Assembly (NCBI GenBank): GCA_034520925.1
Contig: JAXHNC010000004.1
Coordinates: 17,106 to 41,105, forward strand
Source of the DNA: Halofilum sp. (in: g-proteobacteria)
GTDB taxonomy: Bacteria > Pseudomonadota > Gammaproteobacteria > XJ16 > Halofilaceae
Direction of reading: 5' to 3'
Length of the DNA: 24,000 nucleotides
The translations under genes were made by a program, and so were the position numbers. Below the pieces are notes generated by a model. That model was given only the letters and a program-made list of their open reading frames with translations, was not told the origin of the DNA and did no database searches. Below, piece by piece: positions 1-7,921 of the stretch; positions within the stretch are counted from its first letter, which is position 1; each line of letters opens with the position of its first letter.

Positions 1-107
1 AATGATCGTATTGTCTTGAGAAGCTCGCACCGCGCGCCCGTCTCGACACCCCGCAACCGCCCCAGGGCGACAGGTTCCGCGGATGACACGACCGAAACGG
101 CCCGGAA

Positions 108-3100
108 ATGCCGCGGCCGGCTCGACCCCGACCCGAATACCCGACCCGGTGCTTGACCGGGTCGCACGCGTGCATGCGGACGGCACGCTCAGCGAACCTG
201 AGCGCGCACTGGCCCATGATCGAGCCCGGGGCGCACGTCGCGGATCTGGTCGCCGAGGCCGGTCGTGCCGCGATCGAGACCGCGCTGCGCGCCGCACTCG
301 CCGGCGGCGACGGCGAGGCCCGCGCGCGCCTGCGCGACCGTCCCGTGGAACTCGTCTGGCGCTTCAGCCGCATCGACGCCGAGTCCGCCTGCCTGTCGCT
401 GTTCCCGCCACCGGCACCCCCCGCGATGGCGGCGGCCGTCAGCGATAGCGTCGACGCGGGGATCGCGCTCAGCGACCGGGACGGGCGCCTGCGCTACGTC
501 AACGAGGCCTACGGGCGGATCTATGGGCGCCCGCGGGGCACGCTGCTCGGGCGCATCTTCGCGGACGTACTGCAGCCCGCGGACCGCGAGCGGGCGCTCG
601 CGCATCACCATGACGTCCTCGCGAACGGCCCCGGCGCGGATCCGGTCGAGTACGAGATCCAGCGCAGCGACGGCGCGTGGCGCATCGTCGATACGCGCGA
701 GACGCTGCTGGAACTGCCCGATGGGCCGCACCGGCTCGCGACGGTCGTCGACGTGACGGCGCAACGCACGAACGAGCGAAGCCTCGCCGATACGGAGGCC
801 CGGCTGCGCGATCTCATGGATACGATCCCGGGAGCGATCTATCAGTTCCGCCATACGTCGGACGGGGATTACGTCCTCGACCACCTGAGCGAGGGGCTGC
901 GACCGATCACCGGCTTCGACGGTGACGTGGACCTGCAGGACTTCGACGCCTGGCTGCGCTGGATCCCGGCCGAAGCGCTCGGGCCGTTCCTCGATAGCAT
1001 CGAGGCGTCCCGCAGGGATCTCACGCCCTGGCACCACGAATGGCCGATCGACGTCCCGGCCGGCCGCGTCTGGCTGTATGGCTCCTCGCGCCCCCATCGC
1101 CAGCCCGACGGGGATACGGTGTGGAACGGCCTGCTGATCAATGTCACGCCCCGCCGGACCGCCGAGGAACGCCTCGGCCAGGTCGAGACCAACTATCAAC
1201 ATGTCTTCGAACATACGCGCGAAGGCATCTACCGCTCATCGCCGAAAGGACGGCTGCTCGATGTCAACTGGCCGCTCGTGCGAATGCACGGATGCGACGG
1301 CAAACAGGATCTGATCGACCGGGTCCAGGACATCGCTACTGACTGGTATGTGGATCCAAAGGCACGCACCGCGATTCGCCGGATCCTGGATCGCGACGAT
1401 AATGTCGAGGATTTTCAGGCCGAGATCTGGCGTGTGGGCAGCGGCGAGCGCTTCTGGACGAGCGAAAACGGGCGCGCGGTCCGGGACGCCGATGGCGCCA
1501 TCCTGTACTACCAGGGCACGGTCCGGGACATCACCGCGCAGCGCCGCGCGGAGCGCTTCGCCGCCCGCCGTGGCGAGGTCCTCGAGATGATCGCGCGGGG
1601 CGAGCCGCTCACGCAGCTCGTCTACGAGATCGTCGGCACGCTGGAGGAATACCAGCCGCGCCTGACCGCCGCCGTCTGCCAGCTCCACGACGGGGTGATG
1701 GACGTGGAGGCGGCCCCGGCCCTGTCGAACGCCTGCATCGCGGCGATCCACGACGTCGCACCGAGCGAGATCGGCGGCGCGATCGCCGCCGCCATGCGCG
1801 GCCCGCAGGCGCGGCTCGACAGCGAGCAATCACCCACCCCGGGCGCCAGCGAACGGCTGCACGAGGCCATGGCCATCGCCGGGTACGCCGACGTCATGGC
1901 CTTCCCGGTACTGGACCAGGAAAGCGCCGTGCTCGGCGTGCTGATCGTCTTCGTGGCCTCGCGCGAAGACATCGATGACGACGTCCGCAACCTGCTGCAC
2001 GAGATGGCCCAGATCGCCTCGATCGCCTTCGACCAGCATCATCTGATGCAGAAGCTGGTGGAACAGGCGCAGTACGATCCGCTGACCCGGTTGCCGAACC
2101 GCAGTCTGCTCGGGGATCGCCTGCGGCAGGCGATGCTCGACGCGGGCCGCAAGGGACACTTCGTCGCCGTCATCCTGCTCGATCTCGACGAGTTCAAACT
2201 CGTCAACGATACGCTGGGCCACAATGCCGGCGACCAGCTGCTGACCGAAGTCGCCGGCCGCCTGCAGGAATGCGTGCGTGCGGCCGACACCGTCGCCCGG
2301 TTCGGCGGCGACGAGTTCGTCGTCGTGGTGCCGATCGCGGACGCCGCGGATGCGACCGAGGTCGCCGAACGCATCCTCAACCGGCTGCAGCCCCGTTTCC
2401 GCATCCATGACCGCGAGATCGCGGCCCTGCCGAGCATCGGCATCAGCCTGTTCCCGCAGGATGGCCTGACCGCGGACAACCTGATCCAGGCCGCCGACAC
2501 GGCCATGTACACGGCCAAACAGGCCGGCAAGAACCAGTACCGCTTTTTCGCGGAGTCGATGAACGACCAGGTGGCCAGGCGCCTGCAGATCGAGGCGCAA
2601 CTGCGCGATGCCCTGGAGCACGAGCAACTGACCCTGCACTACCAGCCGCGGGTGATGCTGCCTGGCGGTGATTACTATGGCGCCGAGGCGCTGCTGCGCT
2701 GGGAGCACCCCGAGCGTGGCCTGCTGCTGCCGGGCGAATTCCTGCCGATCGCCGAGCAGAGCGCCCTGATCGGCGTAATCGACCGCTACGTGCTGACCCG
2801 TGCGATCGGCCAGGTCGCGCGCTGGCAGACGGCCGGTCACGACTTCGTGATCTCGATGAACCTCTCGGCGCGGCTGCTCAACGAGGAGGGTTTCGGCGCG
2901 GATGTCGCGCGGCTGATCCATGACGCCGGTGCCCGGCCGGCCGGCATCGAACTGGAGATCACCGAGAGCATGGTCATGCAGGACTTCGCGCACGCCACGC
3001 GCCAGCTGCGCGATCTCAAGGAGCGCTGCCCGGGCCTGCGCGTCGCCCTCGACGATTTCGGCGCCGGCTACTCCTCGCTGAAATACCTGCGGGAGCTGCC

Positions 3101-3377
3101 GATCGATACGCTCAAGATCGACCGTTCGTTCGTCGCCGATCTGGACACCTGCGACCTGGCCGATACCGGCCGGGCGATCGCCAAGACCATCGTCGAACTC
3201 GGCCAGAACCTGGGCATGCACGTCATTGCCGAAGGAGTGGAGACACCGACCCAGGTCGAGGTCCTGCTCTCGATCGGCTGCCACGAGGCCCAGGGCTTCT
3301 GGTTCGCGCGGCCGATGGCGGCGGACGCGTTCGCGGCCGCGCTCGACACGGATCCCGCGCCCGACACGGCACGGTAG
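108..3377 (+). CDS. Multidomain c-di-GMP turnover protein (PAS-like x3, GAF-like, GGDEF, EAL)
   Basis: Long ORF with high GC3. The product has repeated PAS-like blocks ending in DITAQR/DVTAQR. These are followed by RAAD (RxxD I-site) five residues before RFGGDEF. EAL-domain signatures follow: EALLRWEHP, DDFGAGYSS, KIDRSFV, EGVET, QGFWFARP. The start is uncertain (ATG at 108, 174 or 216; none has a clear SD). Confidence 0.85.
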   Translation: MPRPARPRPEYPTRCLTGSHACMRTARSANLSAHWPMIEPGAHVADLVAEAGRAAIETALRAALAGGDGEARARLRDRPVELVWRFSRIDAESACLSLFPPPAPPAMAAAVSDSVDAGIALSDRDGRLRYVNEAYGRIYGRPRGTLLGRIFADVLQPADRERALAHHHDVLANGPGADPVEYEIQRSDGAWRIVDTRETLLELPDGPHRLATVVDVTAQRTNERSLADTEARLRDLMDTIPGAIYQFRHTSDGDYVLDHLSEGLRPITGFDGDVDLQDFDAWLRWIPAEALGPFLDSIEASRRDLTPWHHEWPIDVPAGRVWLYGSSRPHRQPDGDTVWNGLLINVTPRRTAEERLGQVETNYQHVFEHTREGIYRSSPKGRLLDVNWPLVRMHGCDGKQDLIDRVQDIATDWYVDPKARTAIRRILDRDDNVEDFQAEIWRVGSGERFWTSENGRAVRDADGAILYYQGTVRDITAQRRAERFAARRGEVLEMIARGEPLTQLVYEIVGTLEEYQPRLTAAVCQLHDGVMDVEAAPALSNACIAAIHDVAPSEIGGAIAAAMRGPQARLDSEQSPTPGASERLHEAMAIAGYADVMAFPVLDQESAVLGVLIVFVASREDIDDDVRNLLHEMAQIASIAFDQHHLMQKLVEQAQYDPLTRLPNRSLLGDRLRQAMLDAGRKGHFVAVILLDLDEFKLVNDTLGHNAGDQLLTEVAGRLQECVRAADTVARFGGDEFVVVVPIADAADATEVAERILNRLQPRFRIHDREIAALPSIGISLFPQDGLTADNLIQAADTAMYTAKQAGKNQYRFFAESMNDQVARRLQIEAQLRDALEHEQLTLHYQPRVMLPGGDYYGAEALLRWEHPERGLLLPGEFLPIAEQSALIGVIDRYVLTRAIGQVARWQTAGHDFVISMNLSARLLNEEGFGADVARLIHDAGARPAGIELEITESMVMQDFAHATRQLRDLKERCPGLRVALDDFGAGYSSLKYLRELPIDTLKIDRSFVADLDTCDLADTGRAIAKTIVELGQNLGMHVIAEGVETPTQVEVLLSIGCHEAQGFWFARPMAADAFAAALDTDPAPDTAR

Positions 3378-3464
3378 ATTTTCCGGCAGGCCGGACCAAC
3401 CGGTGCTGTAATCGAAGTGGATGCAGGCACACTTCCGGGCGCTGTAAGGCGCGGGCGGGGTACA

Positions 3465-4307
3465 CTAGCCGCCCGTGGCAAGCGACTCGCGGGGATCCAC
3501 GCGCACGGTCTCGTCCGATTGCCACAGGATCCAGCTGATCGCTACGCCGGCGCTGATCGCGTGATCGGTCTCCACGAGCGGGCTGTCGTCGAAGGTGGCG
3601 CCTTCCAGATTGTCGTAGCGCAGGAATGAGCCGACCCAGAAGCGATCGAATCGGCGGCTCGCGCTGACCAGCATCGACATCCCGCTGTAACCGGCGTCGG
3701 CGCGGTAGGCGGGTCGATCCGGCGTCACATCGGCCGCTTCGACGTCGTAGTAGTAGGCATGGAAATCGCGGCTGGCGAACTTGGGCCCGATGTTGAAACC
3801 GACATCCCAGCCATCGACCAGCCCTGGCGCGTTGTAGTTGAGCATCGGATGGACCTTCCAGCCCTCCTGGCGGGTCGAGCCATCGTCAATGGCGATCGCG
3901 GCGCGCACCGGCAACCGGAATTCAAGCCGACCACTTTCGGTCTCCGCCAGCCGTACCTTGAGCGAAGGCCCGACTTCGAGAATCGGGTCGAGTTCTTCCA
4001 TGCCGGCGCGGGGGCCATCGTCGGTGCTGTCGACGGGGATGGCCCCGTCGAAGCTCAGGTCGACCTCGACGTTGTCCGAATCCCAGAGCATGCCGCGGGC
4101 GCCGCCGCGATCCACCCGCAGGCGCTCGCCGCGATAGACGATATACGGGATCGGGAAGGTGAAACTGCGCTGCTCATCGGCGCCGCGATACGCGGGGAAC
4201 GTGACCGGCGCGACGCCGACCCCCAGTTCCCAGAGCGGCTTCTCCGCTGCCGGCGCCGCAACGCTCACGATCGACAGCGCCAGCACCGGCGGGATCAGGC
4301 GAACCAT
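3465..4307 (-). CDS. mipA: MipA/OmpV family outer-membrane protein
   Basis: The product has the MipA/OmpV-like pattern (PLWELGVGV..TFPAYRGADE..FPIPYIVYRGERLRVDRGG) and a beta-barrel-like alternating composition. The internal ATG at 4307 gives a signal peptide (MVRLIPPVLALSIVSVAAPAAE) and is preceded by GGAG. The track start at 4439 adds an implausible Arg/Pro-rich leader. Confidence 0.8.
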   Translation of the reverse strand: MVRLIPPVLALSIVSVAAPAAEKPLWELGVGVAPVTFPAYRGADEQRSFTFPIPYIVYRGERLRVDRGGARGMLWDSDNVEVDLSFDGAIPVDSTDDGPRAGMEELDPILEVGPSLKVRLAETESGRLEFRLPVRAAIAIDDGSTRQEGWKVHPMLNYNAPGLVDGWDVGFNIGPKFASRDFHAYYYDVEAADVTPDRPAYRADAGYSGMSMLVSASRRFDRFWVGSFLRYDNLEGATFDDSPLVETDHAISAGVAISWILWQSDETVRVDPRESLATGG

Positions 4308-4615
4308 GTCGGAAACTCCGTTTCGGGGACGACGGGCGTCGGGGCACGAGGCAGCAGAGCGCCCCGCCAGGGGCATGCCGCCATGCGACAATACCGCGCG
4401 TACGCCAACCGGGAAAGACACCATGGAATCGGCCCGCATCGGCCGCCTGATCGAACACCTGCGGGAAGCGGAGGCGCCGGTCCGAGCCTAGTGGGCCATG
4501 CGGGTACACAACTTCATGCGCACAGCCGTGGCGATGGGAAGGTCCGACCTGCTGCGGCTGCGGGCACACTATGCCGCGCTGGCCGATGCCGCCCCGCAGG
4601 CACGGGAAACTGAAC

Positions 4616-5889
4616 TCAGCGCGCCGCGGCGGTCTCCGTTGCACCGCCGGTCGCGTCCGGATCGAGACCGGCGTCCACCTGCAGCGCCGCTTTCGAGCGT
4701 GTCGACGGCTCACGGCGGGTGCGCTGAGAGTTGCGGCGATAGTCCGCGAGGATCGCGTCGCGCACCTGATCGAGTCGGCCCAGCTTTTCGTCCGCCGCGC
4801 CGGAGAGCCAGAGCGTGACCTCCTGACGCTTGCGCGCGAAGTAACTCAGGATGAAGCGCTCGCTCTTGAGGTAGTACCCGATCGCCTCCTTGGCGTTCAC
4901 GCCGGGCGTCGCCCGCACGGCCACCTGGTGGGCGGCCATCTCCTGCTGCAGGCAGTAGACGTTCATGAGCCGGTAGAGCAGCAGGCGCGTGCGCTGGGCA
5001 CGCTGGCGCCACTGGTCCTGGGGCACGTGCAGGCTGGCGTTCACGAGCACATCCAGCCAGTGCATCAGATCGTCTTCACTGACGAAGGTCTCCACGCTGT
5101 CACGCCGACGGATGAGCGTATCGAGGCGCTGCAGCAGATACTCGCGCTCCTGACGCGCGACCCGCGGGCTGATCAGCCGCCGCAGGAGCTGCCGCGGGCG
5201 GCGCAGCTTTTCCTCGACGATCTCGATCTTCTCGTCCAGCTCGCGGTAGCGGCTCAGCTCGAGATCGCACTGGGCCTGGCGTGCGCGCATGTCGCCCTGG
5301 GTGATGTCGACCTCCAGCAGTTCGTACCGCCCGAGGCCGCCCTCGAGCGAGTGCAGAACCGCACGGGCATGCTGGCGGGCCGCGCTGATGCGCTCGAGCA
5401 ACGGACCATCGGCCACCCATGGCCGGTCGAGTACCGCGAGGGCACGATGCAGCCGTCCGACCTGCTCGGCGATCTCGCCGGCGCGGGCACGGCCGCGCTC
5501 AAGCAACTGACTGGTTTCCGACAGTGCGTCGCCGCGGAAGTCGCCATTCGACCAGGCGCGGCTCACGCGCTCGGTCATCCGGTCGAGTTCCGCCACGGGG
5601 CGGGCCGTCGCGGCCTCCGCCGCTTCCAGCGCTTCACGACTCGCGGTATCGAGCCGGTCGGCGGCCTCGCAGCGACGCTCCAGTTCGCGCGCACCGACCG
5701 TCCACGCGAGTTCGTTCAGGACCGCGTATTTGGCCGGATCGGTCTTTGCGGATCGACCGCATCGAACGGGATCGAGCTCGGCAGGCGATCGGCGGGCAGA
5801 TCCCGCAGTTGTTGCGCCGTCAGCCGCACCACCAGGCGACGGAACAGGTTCTCGGAAATCGGTTTTCCATCGGTGTTCAGATCGTTCAT
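4616..5889 (-). CDS. Hypothetical alpha-helical/coiled-coil protein with an interrupted reading frame (possible pseudogene)
   Basis: ATG at 5889 is preceded by GGGAGAAG and opens MNDLNTDGKPISENLFRRL..., which stops at 5716. High-GC3 coding then continues in another frame to the stop at 4616 (the track's 458-aa ORF). The total span of 1274 nt is not a multiple of 3. I recognise no family. Confidence 0.6.
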
Positions 5890-6231
5890 CTCGGCTTCTC
5901 CCTGGTGCGCCGCCCCGATCGCGATGACCGTGCGGGCAGCGCCTGTCTGAACACCGAGCAAACCGCGTGCCAAATATATGTGCCACCCTCACACCGCGCC
6001 CGGCAGGCTTTCACGCCCATGGTGCGCACTATCTGGCGCGGACTCGCCGCCACTGCGTCACCGCCGACACGCGGTACTATCGTCGGAAGCGGACGCGCAT
6101 CGGATAGCCCTGGTGGGCACGGAAATTCAGGTCGACGATAGGCTCCTGCGTCGGGAGCGGACCATGAATCCGTCCCGACACGGCTTCAACGCCGAGCGGA
6201 ACCTGGTATGCAGCACTTCATTCCGATACAA

Positions 6232-6246
6232 TTAGACTCAGTCTAA
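6232..6246. promoter_or_regulatory. Perfect 7-1-7 palindrome TTAGACT-C-AGTCTAA upstream of bfr (candidate operator)
   Basis: Read directly from the sequence. It lies in the only AT-rich patch of the 409-bp divergent intergenic region, 53 nt upstream of the bfr ATG. The binding factor is unknown and the match to a Fur box is poor. Confidence 0.25.
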
Positions 6247-6298
6247 ATCCGCTGGCGATCAGCATCGCCATTCGCAGCGAACTCAGAGGATTGCCACG

Positions 6299-6781
6299 AT
6301 GAAGGGTGATGCCAAAGTCATCGAATATCTCAACCGCGGGCTGCGCAGTGAGCTCACGGCGATCAATCAGTACATGCTGCACTCGCGCAAACTCGAGCAC
6401 TGGGGCCTGAACGGGCTCGCGCAGAAGGAGATGCAGGAAGCGACCGAGGAAATGGGCCACGCGGACCGTTTCATCCGGCGCATCCTGTTCCTCGAGGGCG
6501 AGCCGGGCATGCAGGAGCTCGATCCGCTGCGCATCGGCAATGACGTGCGCAGCGTGCTGGAGAACGACCTCGCGGCCGAGAAGGAAGCGCTGGCGCTCTA
6601 CCGCGAGGCGGCGGGGGTGTGCGAGAAGGCCCGCGACTACGCGAGCCGGGACCTGTTCACCACGCTGCTCGCGGATGAAGAGGGGCACCATGACTACCTC
6701 GACACGCAGCTCGGCCTGATCGACTCGATGGGGATCGAGAACTATCGCCAGTCCTGGACCGACGCCCCTGCCGGGGAATAA
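6299..6781 (+). CDS. bfr: Bacterioferritin
   Basis: The 160-aa product begins MKGDAKVIEYLNRGLRSELTAINQYMLHSR and contains EEMGHADRFIRRILFLEG, typical bacterioferritin ferroxidase/heme-Met features. A GAGGA SD lies 8 nt upstream. Confidence 0.95.
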   Translation: MKGDAKVIEYLNRGLRSELTAINQYMLHSRKLEHWGLNGLAQKEMQEATEEMGHADRFIRRILFLEGEPGMQELDPLRIGNDVRSVLENDLAAEKEALALYREAAGVCEKARDYASRDLFTTLLADEEGHHDYLDTQLGLIDSMGIENYRQSWTDAPAGE

Positions 6782-6858
6782 TCCCTGCCGACGGCCGGCG
6801 ACATGCAGGCACGTGTCGCCGGCGCCATCCCGGTACGCGCCGACTGCGCCCCACCCGC

Positions 6859-6888
6859 GCGGTCGCCCGACCGCATTCAGGTTTTTTT
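6859..6888 (+). terminator. Candidate intrinsic terminator after bfr
   Basis: GCGGTC-GCCC-GACCGC hairpin (6859-6874) followed 7 nt later by a T7 run (6882-6888). A stronger 10-bp hairpin without a T run lies at 6794-6823 (GCCGGCGACA / TGTCGCCGGC). Confidence 0.35.
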
Positions 6889-6981
6889 GCCAAAAGCGGA
6901 CGGGACGGGAGAATCACTCGGCGCATCCTGCCCAGCAATACGCATGCGGCCGACACTCGCGCGCCAGGCATCCTCGCCGAA

Positions 6982-6990
6982 TGCTATAAT
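6982..6990 (+). promoter_or_regulatory. Candidate extended -10 promoter element (TGcTATAAT) for the cyanophycin genes
   Basis: Perfect TATAAT at 6985-6990 with TG at 6982-6983, about 83 nt upstream of the cyanophycinase ATG. No good -35 is present. Confidence 0.3.
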
Positions 6991-7072
6991 CGATCGCAGA
7001 CAATCCCCCTCCGCAGAATTTTTCCACTCCCAGACACCCGAAGGCATCGCTGATGCGGCAAGCGGAAACCAT

Positions 7073-7921
7073 ATGACCAATGACCCCGATGACCAGTACG
7101 GCACCCTGATCGCCATTGGCGGCGCGGAGGATCGCGAGCAGGAACTCGAGGTCCTGTCGAAGGTGTTCAGCTTCACGCCCGAAGCCAGCGACGAGGTGAC
7201 GGTCATCGCCACCGCGAGCGGCGTGCCGGAGGAAATCCTGCCGGTCTACGAAGAGGCGTTCCAGCGCATCGGGGCCAGCAAGGTCCACAGTCTGTCCGTG
7301 CGCGAGCGCAAGGACGCGGCGGACCCGGCGAACATCGAGCTGATCCAGCGCTCCGGCGTGGTCTTCTTCACCGGCGGCGATCAGCTGCGCCTGACCAATA
7401 TCCTCGGCGGCTCGGACATGCTCAAGGCGATCCGCAACCACTACGCGAACGGCGGCGTGATCGCGGGCACGAGCGCCGGCGCCGTCGCCCAGTCGACGAC
7501 GATGATCTACAACGGCGGTGCCGCCGACGCCCTGCACAAGGGCGCGGTCAAGATGAGTTCCGGGCTCGGCTTCGTCGAGGGCATCATCATCGACAGCCAT
7601 TTCCTGGAGCGCGGACGGTTCACGCGCCTGATGGAAGTCGGCGCGACCAATCCGGAATATCTCGGCGTCGGCCTCGGCGAGGACGCGGCCGTGATCATCC
7701 ACCGCAATCGCGTGCTCGAGGCCATCGGTAACGGGCATGTCATCATCGTCGATACCCGCGACCTCGCCAGTTCCAACATCGCCGACCTGGCGATGGGCGA
7801 GGCGGTCGCGATCGAGAACGTCGTCATGCATGCCCTGATCAGTGGCCATGGTTTCGATATCGATGCACGCAAATATCTGGAACCCGAAGCGCTGCAGACG
7901 AAGATGCGGGAGGCGGAATGA
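7073..7921 (+). CDS. cphB: Cyanophycinase (peptidase S51), intracellular CphB type
   Basis: The in-frame ATG at 7073 gives 282 aa with LIAIGGAEDRE, FFTGGDQLRL and the Ser-nucleophile motif IAGTSAGA. No signal peptide is present. The upstream part of the track ORF (from 6803) lacks coding character. Confidence 0.9.
   Translation: MTNDPDDQYGTLIAIGGAEDREQELEVLSKVFSFTPEASDEVTVIATASGVPEEILPVYEEAFQRIGASKVHSLSVRERKDAADPANIELIQRSGVVFFTGGDQLRLTNILGGSDMLKAIRNHYANGGVIAGTSAGAVAQSTTMIYNGGAADALHKGAVKMSSGLGFVEGIIIDSHFLERGRFTRLMEVGATNPEYLGVGLGEDAAVIIHRNRVLEAIGNGHVIIVDTRDLASSNIADLAMGEAVAIENVVMHALISGHGFDIDARKYLEPEALQTKMREAE

Noticed and set aside
83-448. 121-aa ORF in an alternative frame at the left edge
   Set aside because: It becomes an Arg-run shadow after about 45 residues and overlaps the GGDEF-EAL gene frame, which shows better coding character from about 216 onward. 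It may only reflect uncertainty about that gene's true start.
4423-4491. 22-codon ORF (MESARIGRLIEHLREAEAPVRA) and the following ORF 4498-4818 in the mipA upstream region
   Set aside because: Neither has an SD. They are too short and overlap the 3' end of the neighbouring gene on the other strand, so they cannot be supported from sequence alone.
4571-5950. 459-aa ORF on the plus strand
   Set aside because: It is antisense to the coiled-coil gene. It has low-complexity shadow-type composition and no SD, whereas the minus strand has a strong SD/ATG and GC3-rich codons.
5964-5990. Sigma-54 promoter (TGGCAC ... TTGGCA on the minus strand)
   Set aside because: The GG-to-GC spacing is 12 nt rather than the required 10, so the -24/-12 geometry does not fit.
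6221-6250. Fur box upstream of bfr
   Set aside because: Alignment to GATAATGATAATCATTATC is poor. The palindrome is kept only as an operator candidate for an unknown factor.
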